Of a stretch of 64,000 bases of DNA, positions 47,320-57,784 are shown piece by piece. The first letter of the stretch is position 1. The number at the start of each line of letters is the position of its first letter. The position numbers and the translations under genes were made by a program. The notes beneath the pieces are model-generated. The model saw nothing but the letters and a program-made list of their open reading frames with translations, was not told the DNA's origin and did no database searches. Origin of the DNA: Candidatus Thorarchaeota archaeon (GTDB lineage: Archaea; Asgardarchaeota; Thorarchaeia; Thorarchaeales; Thorarchaeaceae); the NCBI GenBank assembly GCA_048884785.1, contig JBHLQM010000005.1:9272-73271 (forward strand). Reading direction: 5' to 3'.

Positions 47320-48831
47320 ATGACTGAGCAACAGTTGACGTCAGGAGAGAGATTAGTTCTAATTGAGCTAATCAAGACCGACACAAAGATTACTGCTACT
47401 CATCTTTCCAACATGCTCAACGAAAACACGGAACGTGTGATTTCTATTCTCAATGCATTGGCGGAAAGGTCTTTAGTTAGGCTTGAAACGATTGAGAATG
47501 TATCTCTCCAGCTGACGGAAGAGGGGAAAGACTATGCAATGAATTGGCTTCCTGAAGTTCGTTTGTTCGGTGCGGTTCAGGAGCTTGGTGGAAAGGCCAT
47601 ACTTGAGGATGCTGTTAAAAAATCGGGTATGGATTCCAAAGCAAAGGGTATAGCAATCATTTGGGCTCGCAAGAATGGATGGTTGGAAATAACAAAGGAC
47701 CAAGGAAATACATTACTAGAATCCAAGGTTAATGAAGCAGACTCTCCGGTCATGAGAGTATTGAAGAGAATAAGCGATGGAGAAGAAAGGCTTCCTGAGC
47801 ATCTTGCTGACGCTGTAAAGGTTGCAGTTCAACGTAACTTGATCTCTGAAGCGATAGCAAAGGAGTTTGAAGCTTCTATTATTCCAGAAGAGAAGGAAAG
47901 GGCGAAGCATCTATTATCTGAAGAAAATGTCGGTGTAATTGATTTGACTCCAGAAATGTTGGTGTCAGGAACGTGGAAGAGTACTACATTCAGATCATTC
48001 AATGTTAGTTCTGATCCACCTTATGTCTACTATGGCAGAAAGCATCCATATGCCGAGTTTAGCGACTGGCTTAAGGAGATTCTAGTTGGGCTTGGATTCA
48101 CAGAATGGTTTGGCCCCTATGTTGAAACTGAGTTTTGGAATAATGATGCATTATTTGTACCTCAAGACCATGTTGCAAGAGAAGTACAGGACCAGTTTCA
48201 AGTAGTGAAACCATATGACCATGGAGGCATTTTGGATGACAAGTACTTCAACGAGGTAAAGAGTGTTCATGAGAATGGAGGGACAACAGGTTCAACTGGA
48301 TGGGAAGCTCCATTCAGCCGAGAGGTTTCTTCAAGACTAGTTCTCAGAGCTCACACTACTCCTGTATCAATGAGATACCTTGCAGAACATCGTGAACCGC
48401 CTCAAAAGATGTTCATCATTGATCGCAACTTCAGATCAGAATCTCTGAGTGCAAGTCATGCAATGGAGTTTGATCAGTGTGAGGGAATCATCATGGACAA
48501 GGGATTAACACTGAGAGACCTCATGGGCTATATTTCAGAGATTGTGAGAGCGGTGGGAATTACAAAGATTAAATTCAAACCAGGGCAATTTCCATTCACT
48601 GAACCTAGTGTTGAGTGCTTCGCAAAGCATGATTTGTTGGGTTGGATTGAGGTCGCTCCTGGTGGGATATTCAGGCCAGAGGTTACATATCCACTCGGGA
48701 TAAAAGACACAGTGCTTGCTTGGGGTATCGGTTCAGGCCGCCTTTACATGGCGTCAATGGGAATCAACGACATCCGTGAACTACATTCTCGCGATCTAGC
48801 GTGGATACGCAGGAAATACTTTGTGAGGTGA
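47320..48831 (+). CDS. pheS: Phenylalanine--tRNA ligase alpha subunit (archaeal type)
   Basis: N-terminal wHTH extension, GRKHP, FWNNDALFVPQDH.AR, LRAHTT, FR.E, FPFTEPS, G.FRPE, AWG.G..RL. Confidence 0.97.
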   Translation: MTEQQLTSGERLVLIELIKTDTKITATHLSNMLNENTERVISILNALAERSLVRLETIENVSLQLTEEGKDYAMNWLPEVRLFGAVQELGGKAILEDAVKKSGMDSKAKGIAIIWARKNGWLEITKDQGNTLLESKVNEADSPVMRVLKRISDGEERLPEHLADAVKVAVQRNLISEAIAKEFEASIIPEEKERAKHLLSEENVGVIDLTPEMLVSGTWKSTTFRSFNVSSDPPYVYYGRKHPYAEFSDWLKEILVGLGFTEWFGPYVETEFWNNDALFVPQDHVAREVQDQFQVVKPYDHGGILDDKYFNEVKSVHENGGTTGSTGWEAPFSREVSSRLVLRAHTTPVSMRYLAEHREPPQKMFIIDRNFRSESLSASHAMEFDQCEGIIMDKGLTLRDLMGYISEIVRAVGITKIKFKPGQFPFTEPSVECFAKHDLLGWIEVAPGGIFRPEVTYPLGIKDTVLAWGIGSGRLYMASMGINDIRELHSRDLAWIRRKYFVR

Positions 48832-48836
48832 GATAA

Positions 48837-50498
48837 TTGATAGTTGAATGTAGAATTGATGCCTTGATGAGTCTAATCGGGAAGAAACTCACCATAAAAC
48901 AGCTAGAGGACACACTCTTCCTTCTAAAAGCAGAAGTTGAACGATGTGAAGGAAATGATATCCTGATTGAAATAAATCCTGATAGGCAAGACATGCTGTC
49001 AGCAGAAGGAATAGCACGAACCGTTAGAGCGTTCATTGGGATAAAGAAAAGTCTTCCAGTATTTCCCGTAAGAAAATCAAAGAAGAAGGTGATAGTAGGG
49101 AAAGGCCTGGAGAAGATAAGAAAATACATCTCTTGCGGGATTGTCAAGGGTATAGAAATCAATGATGATCTCTTGAAGGACTATATGCATCTTCAAGAAG
49201 CACTAACTTCTACGCATGGACGCAACCGAAAGAAAGCAAGCATCGGACTATACCTGCTCGAGGGGCTTCAGTTTCCGGTAAAGTACTATGTTGAGAAGCC
49301 AGAGAATATTCGCTTTGTTCCACTTGGATATGAGGACATAATGGATGGCCCTGCAATACTTCAGAAGCATGAGAAGGGGATAGAATTTGGCGCAATAATC
49401 GCAGAGTTCAAGAAATGGCCCCTATTGGTTGACTCAGCAAATCAAGTTCTAAGCTTACCTCCAATTATTAATAGCAATGATTTGGGCAGGCTAACGGTTG
49501 ACACCAAAGATGTGTTTGTTGAGGTAACAGGAACACATCAGCCAACAGTAGACCAAGCCCTTAATATCATGGTCACATCTCTCGCAGAACGAGGGGGCGA
49601 ATTGGAATCCGTGACCATTGAATATCCGGATGGCACGGTTCAGGAAACTCCAAAGCTGAAGCCAAAGGTACTCAAGGTACCCAAGAAAGACATTTCGAAT
49701 CTCACGGGTCTGGAATTGGGAGATTCAGATATCATTGAGAGCCTTGAGAAGATGTGCTATGGTGCTAGAATTGTTGGCAATTCTGTGGCCGTCGAGATAC
49801 CACAGTATCGTACTGACATTCTCCATCCAGTGGATATAATTGAGGACATCAGTATTGGCTATGGGTTTGATCGAATCGAGCCAACATGGCCAACAACCAT
49901 GACCATAGGGAAACTCCTTCCACTCACTCGACTCAAGAGAAAAGCTAGGGATTTAATGGTTGGACTTGGGTATCAGGAAATTCTCAGCTATATCATGTCA
50001 TCACCTGAGATGTTGAATACGAAAATGCTCCGCAAAGAAGAATTGGTCATGACTGGAAATCCAAAAAGCAGGGATTATTCAGTTCTCCGAAATTCATTAC
50101 TGCCGATACTTCTCGATTTCACGTCTCAAAATCAACATGTTGATCTGCCACACAAGGTTTTCGAAGTGGGCGATGTGGTGGTACCAAATGCAAGCACAGA
50201 AACGCGAACAAACCAAGTGGCAAGTGTATGTGGTCTCTGGACAGATGTCAGAGTGAATCTAACAAACCTAATTGCTGAGATAGGCTTCCTACTGAGAGGA
50301 ATGAATCTTGATGGTAGATTCAAGTTTCTGACAGCAACAAATCCAAGTTTCATCACTGGAAGATGTGCTACCATTTTGGTGGATGACAGTGAGATTGGAG
50401 TCTTCGGTGAAATCTCACCAGAGGTCCTATCTGCATTCGAAATAGGCACTCCAGTAGTTGCATTTGAATTGAGTCTTCCGATGGAAGGAAAGTGGTAA
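48837..50498 (+). CDS. pheT: Phenylalanine--tRNA ligase beta subunit
   Basis: DR.D.LS.EGIAR, QE.L....GR.R.KASIG, SLPPIINS, YR.DILH.VD..ED, LR.SLLP. Confidence 0.96.
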   Translation: MIVECRIDALMSLIGKKLTIKQLEDTLFLLKAEVERCEGNDILIEINPDRQDMLSAEGIARTVRAFIGIKKSLPVFPVRKSKKKVIVGKGLEKIRKYISCGIVKGIEINDDLLKDYMHLQEALTSTHGRNRKKASIGLYLLEGLQFPVKYYVEKPENIRFVPLGYEDIMDGPAILQKHEKGIEFGAIIAEFKKWPLLVDSANQVLSLPPIINSNDLGRLTVDTKDVFVEVTGTHQPTVDQALNIMVTSLAERGGELESVTIEYPDGTVQETPKLKPKVLKVPKKDISNLTGLELGDSDIIESLEKMCYGARIVGNSVAVEIPQYRTDILHPVDIIEDISIGYGFDRIEPTWPTTMTIGKLLPLTRLKRKARDLMVGLGYQEILSYIMSSPEMLNTKMLRKEELVMTGNPKSRDYSVLRNSLLPILLDFTSQNQHVDLPHKVFEVGDVVVPNASTETRTNQVASVCGLWTDVRVNLTNLIAEIGFLLRGMNLDGRFKFLTATNPSFITGRCATILVDDSEIGVFGEISPEVLSAFEIGTPVVAFELSLPMEGKW

Positions 50499-50641
50499 GA
50501 AATAGCAGATAAAAAAGTAAAAACTGTTCTCTTTTGAATCCTGAATGCGGGCTTTCTGTAAACGGGTTAGAGCGCAGAAGACATATAAGAAATGGGGGAA
50601 TTTGAAGCCCCTAGTGCCAAGTTCCATGAGGTATTTGTGTG

Positions 50642-51223
50642 ATGAATGAAAGAACTACTGATGCCGAGAGCTTTGATGGGTTCAAATTCAGGGTAGTTCT
50701 TCTTGGAGAAGCAACAGTTGGAAAAACATCACTCCTCCGACGGTTCACTGAAAATACCTTTGACGAGGAATACAAGCAGACTATTGGCACAACATTTGCC
50801 TCAAAAGATGTCGAAATCACTGACGACGAAGGCACCAAGCGAGTTGTGAGATTAGTTATTTGGGATATGGGCGGTCAAGCAACATACAAAGAACTCCGAC
50901 GTCAATACATGAAAGGAGCTGCAGCCGCGATTATTGTATATGATGTAACTCAACCGGAATCATTTATGGCTATGAATACATGGTATGAGTCGTTTAGAGA
51001 AGTTTGTCCCTCCGCAATGGCGGTCATTTGTGCAAACAAGATAGATCTTACTGAAAAGCGAATGGTTCCTGTTGAACCAGGAACGATGCTACGAGACTGG
51101 TTCCAAGCAGCATACTATGAGACTTCAGCTAAAACCGGTGACAGTGTATACGAGGTGTTCATTAGAGTGGCAGAAGAAGTGTTTAGGAGTCGGATTCCAG
51201 ATTCTGGTGTGCCACAGATGTAA
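50642..51223 (+). CDS. Rab-like small GTPase (Ras superfamily)
   Basis: G1 GEATVGKTS, G2 TIG, G3 WDMGGQ, G4 NKID, G5 ETSAK. Confidence 0.93.
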   Translation: MNERTTDAESFDGFKFRVVLLGEATVGKTSLLRRFTENTFDEEYKQTIGTTFASKDVEITDDEGTKRVVRLVIWDMGGQATYKELRRQYMKGAAAAIIVYDVTQPESFMAMNTWYESFREVCPSAMAVICANKIDLTEKRMVPVEPGTMLRDWFQAAYYETSAKTGDSVYEVFIRVAEEVFRSRIPDSGVPQM

Positions 51224-51265
51224 TTATGTTCATCTATTACAATTGACATAGGAGAGAATCAAGAA

Positions 51266-51670
51266 GTGATAGTTAGAGACTTCATGACATCGATGATTGT
51301 GACCGCAGAATCAGATGCATTAGTTAGTGAAGCTGCAAAGATTATGGCAGTAGAAAATGTAGGCAGCTTGATAATTACCAGAAACGAAGTTCTTGCAGGA
51401 ATAGTAACACGGAGAGAGCTTGTAGCATCCCAACTCCTATCAGATGAGATCTATCATTCGCTCACACTTGAAGACATTATGATTTCCCCTGTGGTATCAG
51501 TCCAACCTGAAGCTGATCTTGGACAGGTTGTTGCACTCATGAATCAATCCGGAAGAATGCATTTGCCAGTAATAGAAGGGGATGATATTATTGGGATTGT
51601 TTCTGCGTCAGATATAATTCGCGTTCTTGCGACTGTAAAACTAATTGCTGAAGGCTCAAGTTCGGAATAG
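51266..51670 (+). CDS. CBS-pair domain protein
   Basis: VRDFM, GSL, GIVT, IM.SPV.SV, HLPV, GIVS..D. Confidence 0.9.
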   Translation: MIVRDFMTSMIVTAESDALVSEAAKIMAVENVGSLIITRNEVLAGIVTRRELVASQLLSDEIYHSLTLEDIMISPVVSVQPEADLGQVVALMNQSGRMHLPVIEGDDIIGIVSASDIIRVLATVKLIAEGSSSE

Positions 51671-51672
51671 CA

Positions 51673-52395
51673 CTAAGCAGGTCGATATTTCTGGATCTCT
51701 TCTTTTAGTTCTTTCTTAAGTTTAAGTATGTCTTTCGCTTGTAGCTCATGTCGTTTTGAATATGTGCTCACAATTCCAGCCCATTTGTCAATCTTCACCA
51801 TTATTTGGTCAGAAGGTACGATTTTCATAATCTCATCCTTTGACCCTGCCATTACATCAAGTACGTCCCCTGCTTTGCAGCCCATCTTTAGTGAGTCCAA
51901 AATAATGTCCAACTGATCTGCAACTTTCATTGACCGATCAGGAGAGAGTGTAGAACTTGCAGATACAGCAGGGGCACTATCAGCAACTTGAGTGGCGGCT
52001 CCCCTCACAGGCATTTCTGGAGCTACCATACTGATACCCTGCAACTGAGCGTCAAACTCATCTTTCAATTCATAGATTGCTCCCAGCAATTGCTCTAGGA
52101 TACTGCCCAGCTCAGCTTTCATGATATGGGACACGTCATCTGTTGAGAGACCTCCTCCACCTGATGGCAGATTGCTCATAATATCAACAAGATCCTGCTT
52201 TGTTACGCCGATTCCAGCTGCAGAAGGTTGAGGAATGCTCTTTATGGAGTCTAAAAGTTCCTCTTTCACTATCCTGATGTCGCTCTTTAGCTCGGTCACA
52301 TTGCCAAGGATAGTAATCATCCGCATTAGTGTTTCACCCAGGCCATCTACCTTCTTTTCTAGCTTATTTAGACGATTTAGGAACTCTTCTGCCAT
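51673..52395 (-). CDS. Hypothetical protein (N-terminal coiled coil, low-complexity linker, helical C-terminal domain)
   Basis: 240-aa ORF with heptads; no recognised family. Confidence 0.7.
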   Translation of the reverse strand: MAEEFLNRLNKLEKKVDGLGETLMRMITILGNVTELKSDIRIVKEELLDSIKSIPQPSAAGIGVTKQDLVDIMSNLPSGGGGLSTDDVSHIMKAELGSILEQLLGAIYELKDEFDAQLQGISMVAPEMPVRGAATQVADSAPAVSASSTLSPDRSMKVADQLDIILDSLKMGCKAGDVLDVMAGSKDEIMKIVPSDQIMVKIDKWAGIVSTYSKRHELQAKDILKLKKELKEEIQKYRPA

Positions 52396-52595
52396 GTCGG
52401 TTACACTCCATATTCACTTGTGAAATGCAATTGGTCCAGAAAAGGGTTTGGCTGATATAATCGAATGCGTGCAAGTAAAGTCTAAAACGGGTTTTTTCTC
52501 CTCAAACATAATACATGGTAATATACACCTAAGGAATTTCCCATATTCCTTAAATCCAAAAGATGGTGTTTTACCTATTGCAGAGGGTATCCCAG

Positions 52596-53186
52596 ATGTC
52601 TGCTGACTCTATATCTCATATGTTTAAACTGGTGGCTCTGGGTGATGGAGCTGTTGGGAAAACCAGTTGTATTAAGAGATATACAGAGGGGAGCTTCAGT
52701 GACCGCTATATTATGACAATTGGAACAACCTTTGCACTCAAAACTGTTCATGTTGAAAATCCGGGATCAGACCCTCTAACAGCAAGAATTGTTCTGTGGG
52801 ACCTTGCGGGGCAACCAACATACAACGAGCTACGCCGACGGTATATGGCTGGCGCAGCTATGGCAATAATTGTCTACGATGTGACTCGTCCTCAAACATT
52901 TCTTGATGTTGGAGAGTGGTTTACAAAACTGATCACAGTATGTCCTAATGCTGTAGTAGCTGTTGTCGCAAATAAGATTGACCGATCTGATAGATTGGTC
53001 CCACCTGAAGCTGGCGAGATGATTAAGAAGTGGCTGGATGTAGACCATTACGAAACATCGGCAAAGACCGGAGAGAACATCGATATCATGTTCGCCACTC
53101 TCGTATCAAAGGCAATACAGAAGCAGAAGGAACTGGGGCCAATTGATACAACGGGTTCAGATACTCAACCTCACAAAATGATTTGA
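52596..53186 (+). CDS. Rab-like small GTPase (second paralog)
   Basis: GDGAVGKTS, TIG, WDLAGQ, NKID, ETSAK. Confidence 0.93.
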   Translation: MSADSISHMFKLVALGDGAVGKTSCIKRYTEGSFSDRYIMTIGTTFALKTVHVENPGSDPLTARIVLWDLAGQPTYNELRRRYMAGAAMAIIVYDVTRPQTFLDVGEWFTKLITVCPNAVVAVVANKIDRSDRLVPPEAGEMIKKWLDVDHYETSAKTGENIDIMFATLVSKAIQKQKELGPIDTTGSDTQPHKMI

Positions 53187-53246
53187 GTTGCCCCCAATTG
53201 CACAGAATCCTTTTTACGTAGTATATATTGGAAAAGAGGGGATACA

Positions 53247-53786
53247 ATGCCAGAGAAGAGAAGAATCTTCAGGGGTTTGATTGGACATATTGCTCTGTTA
53301 GTTCTTAGCTTTCTTGTATTACTGGGAATAGTAGAGAGCTTTCAAATATTCACCTTCGACCTTCCCATACTGAACTTGCTTGTTCTCGGCTACATGCTAA
53401 TTCATACTACACTCCTGCTATCTGTACAGCTTGGCATCCAGATATTGGAGCTAATTCGAATGAGAATGCCAACATTACTTATCAGCTATTATTTTCAGCT
53501 AGATGATTCTCAAACAATTCCAATTCAATTGCTAGATCCCACGAAGAGCAGACTTGCTGTTATGATTCTCTTTCTTGTTGTAACAGGTGGACCAGTGCTC
53601 TTCCCTATTTTTGCAGTATATGGATTTCTACTGCTATATTCATTCCTAACAGTAGTTCCTATCGATGTGGGAACGTTGCTTTATTATTTTGGCTACTTCT
53701 TCCTTAACTGGACACCGCCTATTCTGGCACTTATAGTCGGTATAATTATTCTCTCGATTGTAATTGTGGAATTCAAGCATCTCTAG
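53247..53786 (+). CDS. Hypothetical membrane protein
   Basis: 179 aa, 4-5 hydrophobic helices. Confidence 0.65.
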   Translation: MPEKRRIFRGLIGHIALLVLSFLVLLGIVESFQIFTFDLPILNLLVLGYMLIHTTLLLSVQLGIQILELIRMRMPTLLISYYFQLDDSQTIPIQLLDPTKSRLAVMILFLVVTGGPVLFPIFAVYGFLLLYSFLTVVPIDVGTLLYYFGYFFLNWTPPILALIVGIIILSIVIVEFKHL

Positions 53787-55071
53787 AGGGAAGTAGACTT
53801 CCCGGGGCAAAAAGCGTATCTTTCCTATCTGGGCCAAGAGAGAGAATCGATATTCTGCAGTTTGCTGACTGTTCAATGAAGGCAAGATATTCTCTTAATG
53901 CTCCAGGTAAATTATCATATGATTCCTTGGGGTCAAATGAAAAGTTATCCCATCCGGGCATCTCTTCATAGATAGGTTTCACTCTTGAGTATTCAGATGC
54001 CGAAGCAGGGATACTTCTCATTTCATCTCCATCTAGCTCATATTTGATGCATACCTTCAATGTCTCAAAATCATTCAGCACATCTAGTTTTGTTATTGCT
54101 ATGAAAGCAGCTCCGTTGATTCGCACAGCATACTTCAATGCAACAGCGTCTAGCCAGCCACATCTTCTCGGTCTGCCTGTGACGGTCCCGAATTCTCCCC
54201 CCTGATTCCGAATCCTCTCACCTATTGTATCAAACAGCTCTGTCGGAAAAGGGCCAGTTCCCACTCTTGTCGTGTATGATTTGCATATGCCGAGAACAGA
54301 CTTAATGTGCAGGGGGGAAATGCCAGTTCCAGTTGCTGCGGCAGCTGACATGCAGTTGGAGCTAGTGACAAAGGGATAGGTTCCATGGTCAACGTCGAGC
54401 AGTGCTCCTTGCGCCCCTTCGAAAAGGACTCTATTTCCTCTGGAAATCGACTCTTCTAGAAAATCTCCAGAGTCGCCCACATAAGGCTGAAGCTTCATCA
54501 TGAGATTTCTATAGTAACTGAATTGAACGGGAGTCGCCAATTTAGAACCAGATAGCTGTTCAATTCTTGAAATGGACGCATCTTGAAGTTGCTGCCATTG
54601 CGAAGTATCCCCACTGAAAAAATCACAGACTCGAATCCCTAGACGAGAAGCCTTGTCTGAATAGGCGGGTCCGATGCCACGTCCTGTTGTTCCTACCTTT
54701 TTGCCGCCTTTTGAAGCCTCTTGGAGGCGGTCCATTTGTATCTGGTACTCTGTAATTACATGAGCTCGGTCGCTGATGAGTAGCTTGACTTCAATCCCCG
54801 CCGCTCTTAGCCTATTGATTTCATCCAACAGAACAACTGGATCAATAACTACACCATTACCTATGACCACCTGCTTTCCTCGTATGGACCCAGCTGGCAT
54901 TATGCGAAATTTGTAGACATCTTCACCAACGACAACTGTATGTCCCGCGTTGCTGCCGCCTTGAAAGCGCACTATAATGTCGAAAAACTCTGACAAGTAG
55001 TCTACAATCTTTCCCTTTCCCTCATCACCCCATTGAAGTCCGACAACAACAAGATTTTGCATCCTATTCAC
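53773..55071 (-). CDS. purA: Adenylosuccinate synthetase
   Basis: QWGDEGKGK, GG.NAGHT, GTTGRGIGPAY.DK, EGAQG, GTYPFVTSS, GTVTGRPRRCGW, TKLDVL. Confidence 0.97.
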   Translation of the reverse strand: MNRMQNLVVVGLQWGDEGKGKIVDYLSEFFDIIVRFQGGSNAGHTVVVGEDVYKFRIMPAGSIRGKQVVIGNGVVIDPVVLLDEINRLRAAGIEVKLLISDRAHVITEYQIQMDRLQEASKGGKKVGTTGRGIGPAYSDKASRLGIRVCDFFSGDTSQWQQLQDASISRIEQLSGSKLATPVQFSYYRNLMMKLQPYVGDSGDFLEESISRGNRVLFEGAQGALLDVDHGTYPFVTSSNCMSAAAATGTGISPLHIKSVLGICKSYTTRVGTGPFPTELFDTIGERIRNQGGEFGTVTGRPRRCGWLDAVALKYAVRINGAAFIAITKLDVLNDFETLKVCIKYELDGDEMRSIPASASEYSRVKPIYEEMPGWDNFSFDPKESYDNLPGALREYLAFIEQSANCRISILSLGPDRKDTLFAPGSLLPSRDA

Positions 55072-55076
55072 GGCTC

Positions 55077-55093
55077 GAGGGAAAATTTCCCTC
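55077..55093. promoter_or_regulatory. Palindrome in the purA / geranylgeranyl reductase divergent intergenic region
   Basis: GAGGGAAA-A-TTTCCCTC, 8-bp arms, just upstream of the purA start. Confidence 0.35.
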
Positions 55094-55185
55094 TAGATAA
55101 TCATTGTGACTACTCGAACTAGGCGATTTGCTAGTGGTGACGCTTGAATTTATAACTAGTTTAACATCTCATTCAGCGAGTTACC

Positions 55186-56547
55186 TTGAGACGTGCTGAT
55201 GTAGTTGTAGTTGGAGCAGGTTCTGCGGGATGTGTGACTGCTAGAAGATGTGCCGAATTAGGACTTAGGACTCTTCTACTTGATAGAAAGGAAAAGGATG
55301 TAGTAGGAGAGAAGGTATGCGGTGATGAAGTAAGTAGAACACATTTCGAGGCAACAGGAATTGATTTTCCAGAGGGCAAAGAAGTATCTAGTATTGTTGC
55401 GGGAGCAGATGTCTACCCTCCCAATATGGAGTATAGACTCGAGGTAAGAGGCTGGAGGGACTTCGATGGATGGACTGTTAACAGATTGAATTTTGGTCAG
55501 CGACTTCTTGAAGAGGCGATAAGAGCTGGAGTGCTTTTTAGACCTGGCCGCCATGTAACAGGGCCATTGTTCAAAGGTGATTCAGTATCTGGGGTAAGTT
55601 TCAAGGATTTGAAAACAGGCCAAGAAGGATCTGCCCAATCCAAGATTGTTGTTGATGCTAGTGGGTTTGCATCTGTTATCAGAAAGAAGATAGACAATCC
55701 GCTTGTAGAGGATAAAATCGAAAAGAGTGACATTGCCCTGTGCTATAGAGAGATCTTGCAGTTGAAGATGCCTCTTGCAGAACCCGAAGTTGCTAGAGTA
55801 TTTCTTGGAGGAAAATACGCACCAAAGGGATATGCTTGGATTTTTCCCAAAGGAGTTCAGCAGGTAAATGCTGGAGTAGGAGTCACAGGTGGCCAGGGTA
55901 GAGGGTCACCCAAGAGCCTGTTTCTGGCATTTAAAGAGGAATATCCCCTTCTATTCAGAAGCGAAGCGATTTCAGCTGGAGGTGGTGCTGTGCCCGTCCG
56001 ACGACCAATATGGAGTCTCGTGAGTAATGGAGTTGCATTTGTAGGAGATGCCGCATTAATGGTAAATCCAATTCATGGTGGCGGCATTGGAGCTGGTATA
56101 AGAGCTGGAATCATACTCGGTGAAGTTGCCAAGGAAGCTATCGCCAAAGGTGACGTGAGCGCAAAGGGTCTCTGGGACTATAATATGCGCTTCTTAACCA
56201 ACTTTGGCAGGAGGCTTGCTTCATTGGAGATTTTCAAGAGGCTACTGGCTGATGTTTCTGATGATGAGATGAATTTTGGATTTGAGAAACAGCTTCTTGA
56301 GGCAAGTGATCTTATGGCCGCAAACAGGGGAGACGGTCTTTCACTGAGCTTTATTGATAAAATGAAACGAGTAAAAAGGGGAGCTGGTCGACTGGGTCTC
56401 TTACTCAGCCTTCAACGAGCTTCATCACTAATGAAGAGAATAGACAAGGAATATGTGAATTATCCCACAAGCCCATCAGGTCTTGATAGTTGGAAAATAC
56501 GAGTACAGGAAATTATTGATGCTGCGGTTTTTCAAAAAGGAAGATAG
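55186..56547 (+). CDS. Geranylgeranyl reductase family (digeranylgeranylglycerophospholipid reductase-like)
   Basis: VGAGSAG, KVCGD, DASG, GYAWIFP, VGDAA...NP.HGGGI. Confidence 0.88.
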   Translation: MRRADVVVVGAGSAGCVTARRCAELGLRTLLLDRKEKDVVGEKVCGDEVSRTHFEATGIDFPEGKEVSSIVAGADVYPPNMEYRLEVRGWRDFDGWTVNRLNFGQRLLEEAIRAGVLFRPGRHVTGPLFKGDSVSGVSFKDLKTGQEGSAQSKIVVDASGFASVIRKKIDNPLVEDKIEKSDIALCYREILQLKMPLAEPEVARVFLGGKYAPKGYAWIFPKGVQQVNAGVGVTGGQGRGSPKSLFLAFKEEYPLLFRSEAISAGGGAVPVRRPIWSLVSNGVAFVGDAALMVNPIHGGGIGAGIRAGIILGEVAKEAIAKGDVSAKGLWDYNMRFLTNFGRRLASLEIFKRLLADVSDDEMNFGFEKQLLEASDLMAANRGDGLSLSFIDKMKRVKRGAGRLGLLLSLQRASSLMKRIDKEYVNYPTSPSGLDSWKIRVQEIIDAAVFQKGR

Positions 56548-56577
56548 TGGTCTCGCGGACCACCAATCTTCAATCAT

Positions 56578-57600
56578 CTATACGTCTCTTATTCCTTCCT
56601 TCAAAACGGAGAACACTGCTTCACCTTCAGGCAGATTTGGCGAATCCACCAGCCTACATATCCTTCGTTCCCCTTTTGACTTGCGAAGGTAACATCTCGT
56701 TTGCGGAACATGAGCAAGTACATGACCACCAACTGGTGCAGTAGGATCGCCAAAGAATGCATCTGGACGAGACATGACTTGATTCGTGATGTATACAGCC
56801 ATGTTGTTTATCTCTGCTCCGCGTTGCAGATGATGCAGATGCTTGTTGAGTTTTTGCTGACGTGCCGCCAGTGTCCCTCTTCCAGTATATTCTGCTCGAA
56901 AATGACTCGTGACGGAATCAACAACTAGCAATTTTGCATTCTTTTCAGCTGCCATCTCCATTGCTTGATCACAAAGTAGAATCTGGTGATCGGAGTTATA
57001 GGCACGTGCCCAGACAACATTCTTCAATACTTTCGAGCTATCTATTCCCAATGCCTCAGCCATGTCAACAAGTCTCTCTGGTCTAAAGGTACCCTCAGTA
57101 TCAACATAGATGGCAGTTGCATCCAGTCCTCCTTCATCAGACGGTAATTGAATATTCACAGCGAGTTGATGGGCCATTTGTGTTTTACCAGATCTGAAAG
57201 ATCCATACATCTCGGTGATGCTCTGAGTTTCTATACCACCACCAAATAATTCATCCAATGCCTTCGAACCAGTTGTGATTCTGCCAGCTGTTCTTCTGCG
57301 TTCAAGAAGAAGATCAGCTGTTTCAAAACCGATATCCAGCATTTCACGAGCTGCTTTGATGATTTTTGTAGCAGTAGTTTCGCCAATGGATCCGGCTGCG
57401 GCTAGCTCACTAGGTGAAGCAACAGCGATTGCCTCGACACTCTTGTAACCAGCCTCTGCAAGACGTTTCCCAATTGCTGGACCCACGCCAGGTAAATCAG
57501 TGACCTCTATACCGGACTCTCCTTCAACGCCAACATCCGGACTCTCTTCATCTTCTTTTTCAGGATCATCAAAGTCTTCATAATCGAAATCTTCATCCAT
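56578..57600 (-). CDS. radA: DNA repair and recombination protein RadA
   Basis: N-terminal HhH domain, GFETA polymerisation motif, [41 protein letters not shown]. Confidence 0.97.
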   Translation of the reverse strand: MDEDFDYEDFDDPEKEDEESPDVGVEGESGIEVTDLPGVGPAIGKRLAEAGYKSVEAIAVASPSELAAAGSIGETTATKIIKAAREMLDIGFETADLLLERRRTAGRITTGSKALDELFGGGIETQSITEMYGSFRSGKTQMAHQLAVNIQLPSDEGGLDATAIYVDTEGTFRPERLVDMAEALGIDSSKVLKNVVWARAYNSDHQILLCDQAMEMAAEKNAKLLVVDSVTSHFRAEYTGRGTLAARQQKLNKHLHHLQRGAEINNMAVYITNQVMSRPDAFFGDPTAPVGGHVLAHVPQTRCYLRKSKGERRICRLVDSPNLPEGEAVFSVLKEGIRDV

Positions 57601-57784
57601 TCTATTCGTAGACCTCCCTTGAATGCTTGAGCTAATTTTCTAGCTATCTCAAGACATCCTGCCAACTTCTAGTTCACTTAGGACAGTATAAAAATAGCAC
57701 TAGTGGCCGAACCGAGTGACCCAGTTATAGACAAACCAGTATTATCAATTATGAAACGCTTCAAATGCTGTGATTTGATTCGGT

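Noticed and set aside
50642-53186. Prenylated Rab proteins processed by the CPBP/CAAX protease
   Set aside because: Neither GTPase has a C-terminal Cys, CAAX or CC/CXC motif.
56578-57600. Intein in RadA or Top6A
   Set aside because: RadA is normal length. The Top6A extra sequence is N-terminal, low-complexity/HhH, and lacks intein splice motifs.
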